DNA of 64,000 nt from Thermodesulfobacteriota bacterium (GTDB lineage Bacteria > Desulfobacterota_D > UBA1144 > Nemesobacterales > Nemesobacteraceae): NCBI GenBank assembly GCA_965202785.1, contig OZ241855.1, positions 352,001 to 416,000 of the forward strand, in the 5' to 3' direction. The notes under the pieces are model-generated. The model worked only from the letters and a program-made list of their open reading frames with translations, had not been told where the DNA came from and made no database searches. The translations under genes and the position numbers were made by a program. The number at the start of each line of letters is the position of its first letter. Position 1 is the first letter of the stretch. This document shows, one piece after another, positions 42,028-49,986 of the stretch.

Positions 42028-42435
42028 TTAAGTACTTTTGATCCAATTATCCACACTTAAACCCCTAACCCGCTCAAACTCACTCAGGTTATTCGTAACA
42101 AGCGTTAATCCTTGACTTCTTGCATGCCCCGCAATGTGCAGATCATTTACTCCGATAGAAACACCTTGACGCTCCAAGTCGGCACGTATTTCTCCGTAAT
42201 GAGCTGCCGCCTCTGATCCATATTCAAGAACCGCTAGCAGGGAAACAAATTCTTCAACCTGCCTCCGGTTATGCTCCGGTTTTGAACTTTTTTCAACGCC
42301 ATGCAGTAATTCAGCCAAGGTGATCGAACTTATGCACATTCGTGAAGCATAACGGTTAAAAGTATCCAATACCTCGACCGGGCGACGATTAATAACATAG
42401 ATTACAATGTTGGTATCCAACATGTATTTCAGCAT
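42028..42435 (-). CDS. vapC: VapC PIN toxin (enteric tRNA-fMet-cleaving type)
   Basis: YMLDTNIVIY, ISSITLAEL, IGVNDLHIAGHARS, VTNN..EFERV. Confidence 0.92.
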   Translation of the reverse strand: MLKYMLDTNIVIYVINRRPVEVLDTFNRYASRMCISSITLAELLHGVEKSSKPEHNRRQVEEFVSLLAVLEYGSEAAAHYGEIRADLERQGVSIGVNDLHIAGHARSQGLTLVTNNLSEFERVRGLSVDNWIKST

Positions 42436-42674
42436 TATTCAAAAGGTTCCCTTTCCGGTTGTTCCTGGTCAGCACGCTCAGTCATGAAATCGTCAGTTAC
42501 GCGTTCCTCGGATAAGAAGAACATATCCCAAGCATGGTCAACAGGCGAAAGTATGCGGTCATGACCAACGACCCTCACAATGACCTCCTTGACATCGTCT
42601 GGAAAGCGCGTTCCGGCAGGAAGCCTAACGGCTTGAGTTCGATTGTTCTTAAAGACTGACCCTTTAGCAGGCAT
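42435..42674 (-). CDS. vapB: VapB antitoxin (AbrB/VagC type)
   Basis: VFKNNRTQAVRLP, RILSP..WDMFF. Confidence 0.9.
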   Translation of the reverse strand: MPAKGSVFKNNRTQAVRLPAGTRFPDDVKEVIVRVVGHDRILSPVDHAWDMFFLSEERVTDDFMTERADQEQPEREPFE

Positions 42675-42694
42675 GATAAGACCTCCCCAAAATT

Positions 42695-42746
42695 TGCTAT
42701 ATACACATTATATATAGTCTAAAATATATTGCAAGCGTATATAGCA
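42695..42746 (-). promoter_or_regulatory. vapBC operator inverted repeat / AT-rich promoter
   Basis: TGCTATATAC...GTATATAGCA. Confidence 0.65.
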
Positions 42747-42763
42747 TAGGTTTTCAACATAAT

Positions 42764-43783
42764 TTAGGGAGTTATCATGATTTTAAGACTTTTTTCAGGA
42801 TTCTCGGCAAGGGTGAAGCCTTTCTGGATATCCTCCAAAGAGAACCTGTGGGTAATCATCTTTCCCACGTCAACAGAACTTTTTTCTATTAGAGAAAGAG
42901 CGTCTTCAAGATCCCCGGGAGCCGCCGCGTAGGAACTTACGACCCGCACTCCCGACCACCAGTATTCGTTAAAAGGAAATTCAAGGGTGAATTCCGGGTC
43001 GGAAGGAGCGAAAAAAAGGATCTTGCCCGACGGAGAGACAAGCTCGAAAGCGCTTTTTATCGCGGCCCGCGCCCCAGTGCAAACTATCACCATGTCCGAG
43101 AGATACCCCGAGTTGTTCTCTCTCACGAGCGAAGCGATATCGTCATCGGGGCTAAAAGCGCAAGTGGCCCCGAACTCCATGGCCTTACGGAGCTTGAATT
43201 CGTTTGAATCGGTCGCGAAAACCGGTCCCGCGCCGAGATGAAAAACGTACTGAAGGCACAAAAGCCCCGCAGTGCCGCTTCCAAGAATTGTTACGCTGTC
43301 TCCACGCTCAAGCCCCGCGGCCCGAACCGCCCTTGTAACGCACCCCAGGGGTTCCGTGAACGACCCTTCCTCAAAGGAAACGTTATCCGGCAGATGAAAA
43401 ACGCCCCGCTCCACGTTCGGCGACGCCACGCACACGTACTCCGAGAAACCGCCTGGGTTAAACCCCGATTCCCTTATCATGGGACAGTTGGTGTGCCTGT
43501 CGCTAAGGCAGTAACGGCACTCGTTGCAAGGAACGTGATGGGTGGCCACGACCCTGTCGCCCACTTGGAATCGGTTCACCCCCGGACCCGTTTCGACCAC
43601 CTCTCCCGCCACCTCATGGCCCAGCACCAAGGGGGCTTTCGGCACCCTGTACCACTCCATAAGATCGCTTCCGCAGAGTCCGCTCGCCCTGATCCTGATC
43701 AGTATTTCTCCCTCGCCCGGCTCGGGACGGGGAAATTCCTCAATTCTTACGTCGCTGTTTGTGTGGTAGACTGCGGCAAGCAT
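42764..43783 (-). CDS. Zn-dependent MDR alcohol/polyol dehydrogenase
   Basis: CGSD, GHEVAG, CNECRYC..C, GSGTAG. Confidence 0.9.
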   Translation of the reverse strand: MLAAVYHTNSDVRIEEFPRPEPGEGEILIRIRASGLCGSDLMEWYRVPKAPLVLGHEVAGEVVETGPGVNRFQVGDRVVATHHVPCNECRYCLSDRHTNCPMIRESGFNPGGFSEYVCVASPNVERGVFHLPDNVSFEEGSFTEPLGCVTRAVRAAGLERGDSVTILGSGTAGLLCLQYVFHLGAGPVFATDSNEFKLRKAMEFGATCAFSPDDDIASLVRENNSGYLSDMVIVCTGARAAIKSAFELVSPSGKILFFAPSDPEFTLEFPFNEYWWSGVRVVSSYAAAPGDLEDALSLIEKSSVDVGKMITHRFSLEDIQKGFTLAENPEKSLKIMITP

Positions 43784-43784
43784 G

Positions 43785-44582
43785 TCAGGAACTTTCTTCT
43801 TTTAGTTCCGTGAAGAGCTCGTGGGCTTGCTTCGGGGTCATGTTCTCGTGAACGATCCCGCGGATAGCTCTTATGATCGCCACGGGGTTATCGCGCTGCC
43901 AGATGTTTCTTCCCATGTCCACTCCCGCGGCGCCACGGGATATGGCCTCGTGAGTCATGTTGAAAACGTCCATCTCGGTGTCAAGCTTGGGACCGCCCGC
44001 GATCACTATGGGAACGGGGCAGCTGGTGGTGACTTTCTCGAAATCCTCGCAGTAATAGGTCTTAACAATACGCGCCCCGAGTTCAGCGCATATCCTGCAG
44101 CAGAGCGCAAGGTACCTTGAATCCCTTTTTTCAAGCTCCTTTCCGACGGCCGTTATCCCGAGAACCGGAATACCGTACTTCTCTCCCTGGTTCACAAGCT
44201 CTGAGAGTCCCAAAAGGGTCTGTCTCTCAAATTCGGTCCCGACAAAAACAGAAAGCCCTACCCCAACCACGTTAAGCCTTATCGCCTCCTCGAAATCCAC
44301 GGTAATTCCCTCGTCCTCAAGGTGCGGGCCCGCTATGCTCGTTCCCCCCGAGACCCTGAGCACCACGTTGGCTCCCGAGCCGGGGTCGACCGAGGTCCTG
44401 AGTACTCCTCTTGTGAGCATTATGGTGTCCGCGTAGGGAAGAAGAGGGGTTATGGTTTCTTCAGGTACCTCGAGACGGTGAGTGGGACCGAGGAAGTAGC
44501 CGTGGTCAAGGGCGAGCATGACCGCCCTTCCGGTATCTGGCCTTATAATGCGGGCCATCCTGTTTTTCATGCCCCAATCCAT
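43785..44582 (-). CDS. lsrF: LsrF-type class I aldolase/thiolase
   Basis: MDWGMKNR, LALDHGYF.GP, VKTYYC, AGGPK, GVDMGRNI. Confidence 0.87.
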   Translation of the reverse strand: MDWGMKNRMARIIRPDTGRAVMLALDHGYFLGPTHRLEVPEETITPLLPYADTIMLTRGVLRTSVDPGSGANVVLRVSGGTSIAGPHLEDEGITVDFEEAIRLNVVGVGLSVFVGTEFERQTLLGLSELVNQGEKYGIPVLGITAVGKELEKRDSRYLALCCRICAELGARIVKTYYCEDFEKVTTSCPVPIVIAGGPKLDTEMDVFNMTHEAISRGAAGVDMGRNIWQRDNPVAIIRAIRGIVHENMTPKQAHELFTELKEESS

Positions 44583-44860
44583 CAGAACACGTATCCTCCA
44601 ATTGCCGTTTCGCTAAACTCTAGAGCAATACCCGCCCCATGTCAAACTCCCGATGAGCCTCAAAATACACGGGCCGGGATATCTTCGCGAAGACCGTTGG
44701 CTTCGAAACACGCCGCAGAAAAATTTTTCCGTGCCCTCAAGTGTAATTCGCTGTGACCTGATATATAATTGTCTCAACTTTATGTCCTAGGAACCCGAAC
44801 AATTTGCAAGGTGGTTGTTACCGAATAATTCTTTTTTGCACGGATTAAACAGAGGGAAAA

Positions 44861-46021
44861 ATGACTGAAAAAACCTTAAGAAGAGACTCAAGCGCAATCC
44901 CGCTCCTCCTGATTTTTCCATTGGTCTTGCTTCTGTCTTTCGCAGTTTTCTCCTGTGGAGATGAAAACGGTTCCAGAAATGAAAATGCTCCCAGAGTTGG
45001 CATCATCTATGACACCGTGGGCAAAGGCGACGGGTCATTCAATGATTCCGCCTATAATGGCATCATAAGAGCCCAAGAGGAGCTCGGAGCGGTGGTAAGC
45101 GAGGAAACTACTGACGGAACGGAAACAAACCGTGAGGAACTGATTCATGCTCTGGCCGAGGACAATGATCTTGTAATAGTGGTTGGATTTTCATTTGAGA
45201 ATTCAATAAAAAAAGTCGCAGCCGCCAATCCTGACACCAATTTCGCAGGTATAGACATTCTGCAAAGAGAAAACGCGCCGGCGAATTTCGCAAGCTTGGT
45301 CTTCAACGAGGCCGAAGGGTCTTTTCTGGTAGGGGTCGCAGCCGCCCTTAAAAGCGAAACCGGCAAGGTAGGTTTCATCGGAGGAGTGTGCGGAACCCCG
45401 GACAGACTCATTGAAAAGTTCGAGGCCGGATTCGTCTCAGGCGTTTTAGCCATGGTAAAAGGAATCAACAGGAACATGGACGTCGAAACAGCCTACCTCT
45501 CCCAGTTCTCCGATCCGCAGAATCCTGACGGGCCACCCGACATAAGCGGCTTCTTTAACCCGGAGGGAGCCAAGGAAGCGGCGGAAGGGATGTTCAGCGA
45601 CGGTTCGGATATCGTTTTTCACGCCGCAGGGGGCTCTGGAGCGGGGCTTTTCGAGGCTGCCAAGGAGTTCAGCGAGCAGGAAGGCAATTCCAAAGTCTGG
45701 GCCATAGGAGTCGACTCGGATCAGTACGGAACCAGCGATGAATCCGTGCGGGAATACATACTGACCTCGATGCTTAAAAGAGTAGACACGGCTGTTTACA
45801 ACATAATCAAGGCCCAAAGGGACGGCGAATTCTCAGGCGGGACCGTAAGCCACGACCTCGCAAACGACGGAGTGGGCTACGCCACGTCGGGAGGATTCGT
45901 AGATGACATCAGGGAACTGATCGAAGGCCCAAAAGCCTTCATAGTCCGCAACCTGTTTGATGTCCCCACCGTTCCCGTCAAAGGCTGCCGGGAACCGCAG
46001 ACCTACAACCTCAGGTATTAG
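44861..46021 (+). CDS. BMP/PnrA family nucleoside-binding lipoprotein
   Basis: Lipobox VFSC; GDGSFNDSA, VFHAAG, WAIGVDSDQ, TSMLKRVD. Confidence 0.88.
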   Translation: MTEKTLRRDSSAIPLLLIFPLVLLLSFAVFSCGDENGSRNENAPRVGIIYDTVGKGDGSFNDSAYNGIIRAQEELGAVVSEETTDGTETNREELIHALAEDNDLVIVVGFSFENSIKKVAAANPDTNFAGIDILQRENAPANFASLVFNEAEGSFLVGVAAALKSETGKVGFIGGVCGTPDRLIEKFEAGFVSGVLAMVKGINRNMDVETAYLSQFSDPQNPDGPPDISGFFNPEGAKEAAEGMFSDGSDIVFHAAGGSGAGLFEAAKEFSEQEGNSKVWAIGVDSDQYGTSDESVREYILTSMLKRVDTAVYNIIKAQRDGEFSGGTVSHDLANDGVGYATSGGFVDDIRELIEGPKAFIVRNLFDVPTVPVKGCREPQTYNLRY

Positions 46022-47201
46022 AGTTGCTCGCAAGCGAACTTACCGCCCTGAACCCCTCAAGCGCCCGCGATATGTGGTCTTCCGTGTGAGTCGCCATAAG
46101 CGACGCCCTTATCCTGCATTTTCCGGCGGGAACGGAAGGAGGCCTTACGGCTGGAGTGTAAATTCCCCGCTTGCGAAGCGCCGAGGCCAGCTCAAGGGTA
46201 GCTTCCGGCTCCCCGGTCAATACGGGCACGATCGCGCTCTGGGAAGGAAGCACGCTAAATCCCATGTCGCAAAGACCCGTTTTGAACTTATCTACAAGAT
46301 CCATGAGATGCTTTCTTCTTTGCGGTTCATTCTCGATAATGCTTATCGCCTCGATTGAAGCGGCCAGGGAGGCCGCGGGAAGGGCAGTATCGAAAATGTA
46401 GCTTCTCACACTGTTTCGTATGAAGTCAACGAGGCTTCGGCTGCCGGCAACGTATCCCCCCAGAGACCCAACGGCTTTTGACAGAGTACCCATGACCACG
46501 GGAACCCTGTCCTCGACCCCGAAATGCTCGGTGGCTCCACTGCCCTTCTTCCCAAGAACTCCCATGGCGTGGGCTTCGTCCACCATGAGCATGCAGCCGT
46601 GGCGCTCGGAGATCGAGCAGATCTCCCCGAGGTCCGTGAGGTCCCCGTCCATGCTGAACACCGTGTCTGTGACTATGAGTTTCTTTCCATCGCCTCGGTT
46701 TTGGGAAACCATGCGCCGAAGGCTACCCGTATCAAGATGGGGATACACCTCTACTCTCGCCCGGGAGAGCCTGCAGCCGTCTATTATGGAGGCGTGGTTA
46801 AGCTCGTCGCTGAACACCGTGTCCCCTTCCCCGACAAGTGCGGCAATCGTTCCCACGTTCGCGAGATAGCCGCTTGAGAAAAGAATCGCGTCCTCGGTCG
46901 ATTTGAACTCCGCTATTCTCCTCTCAAGCTCGGCGTGAAGGTCGGAGCTTCCACTGACCAGCCTTGATCCTCCGGAACCCGTACCGTACTTGGCAAGAGC
47001 CGCTGCGGCTGCCTCCACAACCCTCGGGTCGGTTGAAAGACCCAGATAGTTGTTGGAAGCAAGAAGTATGTGCTTTTTCCCGCCGATCAGTATCTCGGGG
47101 GACTGCCCCGAGGCGATCTCCGTAAGCGTCCTGAAAAGATTCTTCCCCCGTATGGCCCTTAATTCATCTTCTATCCACTCAAGAGAATCAGGAGCTTCCA
47201 T
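46011..47201 (-). CDS. bioF: 8-amino-7-oxononanoate synthase
   Basis: SNNYLGL, NHASIIDG, DEAH, GTLSKA. Confidence 0.93.
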   Translation of the reverse strand: MEAPDSLEWIEDELRAIRGKNLFRTLTEIASGQSPEILIGGKKHILLASNNYLGLSTDPRVVEAAAAALAKYGTGSGGSRLVSGSSDLHAELERRIAEFKSTEDAILFSSGYLANVGTIAALVGEGDTVFSDELNHASIIDGCRLSRARVEVYPHLDTGSLRRMVSQNRGDGKKLIVTDTVFSMDGDLTDLGEICSISERHGCMLMVDEAHAMGVLGKKGSGATEHFGVEDRVPVVMGTLSKAVGSLGGYVAGSRSLVDFIRNSVRSYIFDTALPAASLAASIEAISIIENEPQRRKHLMDLVDKFKTGLCDMGFSVLPSQSAIVPVLTGEPEATLELASALRKRGIYTPAVRPPSVPAGKCRIRASLMATHTEDHISRALEGFRAVSSLASNSNT

Positions 47202-47206
47202 GCGGA

Positions 47207-48565
47207 CTATCCCTCTTCGGTTACCTTTTTTATCGAGAGATAAGTCGCTCGCACAAGCTTTGCAAGGTCATCCATCTCGATTCCCACTGGGGGCATGAGC
47301 ACTACCACGTCCCCTAGCGGTCTTATGAGAACCTCGTGCGAGAGTGCCTCCTCGGCAACCTGCCACCCCATTTTCTCCGCCGCCTCGTAGGGCTTTTTCG
47401 TCTCCTTGTCGCTCACGAGCTCGATTCCGACCATAAGCCCCTTGTTTCTCACGTCTCCGACGTGGGAGAGACCCTCGAATTCGCGGAGCTCGTTCTCTAG
47501 GAACTCCGTCTTCTCGGAAAGTGAGGAAAGGGTGTCGTTATTTCTAAAAGCTTCGAGATTCCCCATGGCGGCCGCACACGAAAGAGGATTTCCAGAGTAG
47601 CTGTGGCCGTGAAAGAAGGTCTTGAACTCCTCATAGTCACCTAGGAACTCCTCGTATATCTCATCGGTCGTTATCGTCGCCGAAAGCGGAAGGTATCCAC
47701 CGGTCATTCCCTTTCCAAGAACTATCATGTCGGGCGTCACGCCGTCGTGTTCGCACGCGAACATTTTGCCCGTTCTTCCGAAGCCCGTAGCCACCTCGTC
47801 AACTATCATAAGTACGTCATAGCGAGTGCAGTACTCCCTCACTTTCGCGAGATAGCCGTCTGGAGCCACCACCATTCCCCCCGCGGCCTGAACGCAGGGC
47901 TCAAGTATGACTGCAGCTATCTCATTGCAGTGCTCCCTCAGTATCTCCCCCATCTCATCCGCGCACGCAATTCCGCATCCGGGCCAAGTTTTCTCGAGCG
48001 GGCATCTGTAGCAGTAATAGGAAGGAGCCCTGTAGGTTTTAAACAGAAGAGAGGAGAAAGCCTTGTGAAAAATGTCGATCCCGCCGACCGAAACGGCCCC
48101 CAGAGTATCGCCGTGATAGCCATTATCAAGGCAGAGAAACGCCTTTTTCTCCGGCCTTCCTCTGTGGGACCAGTACTGAAATGCCATCTTGAGCGCAACC
48201 TCGACGGCGCTTGCCCCGTCGCCCGAGTAAAACACTTTCTTAAGTCCCGGAGGACATATTTCCACAAGCTCTTTTGCAAGCTCGGCGGCTGGAGGATTGG
48301 TTATGCCTAGGAGGGTGCTGTGGCTCACCAGATCAAGCTGTCTTTTTATGGCCCCGTCAATCTCGGGCACCGCATGGCCGTGGATGTTGACCCACAGTGA
48401 TGAGACGCCGTCTATGTATTTTTTTCCCTCAGAATCTATAAGGTACGAGCCCTCCGCGCGCTCGATCACTATGGGATCCTTGCGCACGTAATCCTTCATC
48501 TGGGTAAACGGGTGCCAGACAAATTCCCTGTCGTAGGACCCTATCTGTTTTGATCTGTCGCTCAT
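47207..48565 (-). CDS. bioA: Adenosylmethionine-8-amino-7-oxononanoate aminotransferase
   Basis: WHPFTQM, YHGDT, DEVATGFGRTG, GKGMTGGYLP. Confidence 0.95.
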   Translation of the reverse strand: MSDRSKQIGSYDREFVWHPFTQMKDYVRKDPIVIERAEGSYLIDSEGKKYIDGVSSLWVNIHGHAVPEIDGAIKRQLDLVSHSTLLGITNPPAAELAKELVEICPPGLKKVFYSGDGASAVEVALKMAFQYWSHRGRPEKKAFLCLDNGYHGDTLGAVSVGGIDIFHKAFSSLLFKTYRAPSYYCYRCPLEKTWPGCGIACADEMGEILREHCNEIAAVILEPCVQAAGGMVVAPDGYLAKVREYCTRYDVLMIVDEVATGFGRTGKMFACEHDGVTPDMIVLGKGMTGGYLPLSATITTDEIYEEFLGDYEEFKTFFHGHSYSGNPLSCAAAMGNLEAFRNNDTLSSLSEKTEFLENELREFEGLSHVGDVRNKGLMVGIELVSDKETKKPYEAAEKMGWQVAEEALSHEVLIRPLGDVVVLMPPVGIEMDDLAKLVRATYLSIKKVTEEG

Positions 48566-48630
48566 CTCGATCCGTAAGGAGCAAAGGATACCCTAAGCGA
48601 AAAGAATATCATGAAAACACCGCGGCGGGA

Positions 48631-49620
48631 CTAGTTGAGAATTTCTTTCCTGACTGGCATCTGCAGGTCGTCAAGCATCCTGAGATCATCGCGCGGCGAG
48701 CGCCCGGGGGTAGTAAGGTAGTTGCCGAGGATCATGGCGTTTGCCCCGGCCACAAGACCCATCGCCTGGAGGTCGCGAAGCGTCACTTCTCTTCCTCCTG
48801 CAGTCATTATTATCTTGTCCGGAAGGACGAGCCTGTAAATCGAAATGGTTCTTACGGCTTCAAGCGGCTGTATGGTCTCAAGATTCTCAAACGGAGTTCC
48901 AGGTCTCGGGTCAAGGAAGTTTATCGGAACCCAGGTGGGATTAAGATCCCTTATCTCGAAAGCAAACTCCATTCTCTGACGTGTGCTCTCTCCCATGCCG
49001 AGTATGCCGCCCGAGCAGAGATTCATGCCGGTTTCCTTTACCAGAAGGGCAGTCTTCAGCCTGTCGTCGTAGCTGTGGGTTGTGCATATACTGGGAAAAT
49101 GGCTTCTGCAGGTCTCGATATTGTGGTTGTATCTCCACACCCCGTGATCCCTGAGCTCGTAGGCCTGTTCCCTTGTTAGATCCCCAAGCGAACAGCCGAC
49201 CTTGAGATTAGTTTCCGCGCAGAGAAGGTCTACGGCCTCGAGAACTTTCTTGAATATCCTCGGCGTCGGGCCCTTGGCACTTATGACTATGCAGAAATCC
49301 ATGGCGCCCATCTTCTCCGCATGCCTAGCAGCTCCGAGTATTCTCTCCGCAGCCATAAGCGGATGAGCCTCGACCTCGGTATCGAAATGGGCCGACTGGG
49401 AGCAGAAGGAACAATCTTCGGGACAGTTTCCCGTCTGGGCGCTTATTATGGAGCGCAAAAACACCCCATCGCCCTTGTACTTAAGGGTTACCTTCCTAGC
49501 AAGCGATATGAGGTCAGAAAGCCGTTCCCCGGAAAGCTCGGTAAGCGCGAGAGCGTCTTCAAAGGTTATCTCCTCTTCTTTTTCAAGAAGTTTCTCGGAA
49601 ACTACGTCAAGAATGTCTAT
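48631..49620 (-). CDS. bioB: Biotin synthase (start uncertain: ATA 49620, or fused ORF from 49842)
   Basis: CPEDCSFCSQS, YNHNIET, CSGGILGMGE, AGGRE, GNYLTT. Confidence 0.92.
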   Translation of the reverse strand: MDILDVVSEKLLEKEEEITFEDALALTELSGERLSDLISLARKVTLKYKGDGVFLRSIISAQTGNCPEDCSFCSQSAHFDTEVEAHPLMAAERILGAARHAEKMGAMDFCIVISAKGPTPRIFKKVLEAVDLLCAETNLKVGCSLGDLTREQAYELRDHGVWRYNHNIETCRSHFPSICTTHSYDDRLKTALLVKETGMNLCSGGILGMGESTRQRMEFAFEIRDLNPTWVPINFLDPRPGTPFENLETIQPLEAVRTISIYRLVLPDKIIMTAGGREVTLRDLQAMGLVAGANAMILGNYLTTPGRSPRDDLRMLDDLQMPVRKEILN

Positions 49621-49722
49621 TTCTGGTTGCCTCTTAGTCCTAAGTCTAGGGAAATCTAGGTTACAGAAATGGGCAAGGTTGTCAAACCAAGTCGCTCCCG
49701 GGGCGGGAATCTCAATGTCCGT

Positions 49723-49842
49723 ATCCCATGGATCAAGAACCTCTAAACCCAATTTTCTCACGAGAGACAGAATCCGCTCACCGCAAAAATCCCGGCAAGC
49801 TTCCGAAAATACCAGCGAAGCGGTCATATGGATTTTCTTCAT
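49723..49842 (-). pseudogene. Remnant of a nucleoside 2-deoxyribosyltransferase N-terminus, in frame with bioB
   Basis: MKKIHMTASLVFSEACRDF..RILSLVRKLGLEVLDPW resembles the NDT-family KIYLA.PL.FSE..R....L..LG.EV.DPW pattern. Confidence 0.45.
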
Positions 49843-49986
49843 GTTAGGACTTACCGGTTCGTATCCCCCTGAAATTGTTTGATAATCTCCCTTGCAATCC
49901 GAACTTCATCTGTGGTTTAATGCTAGGAAGAATCGATTTGTACATCATGGTATCAGTACAGTGAAAATACGGGAGGTAATATCAGG

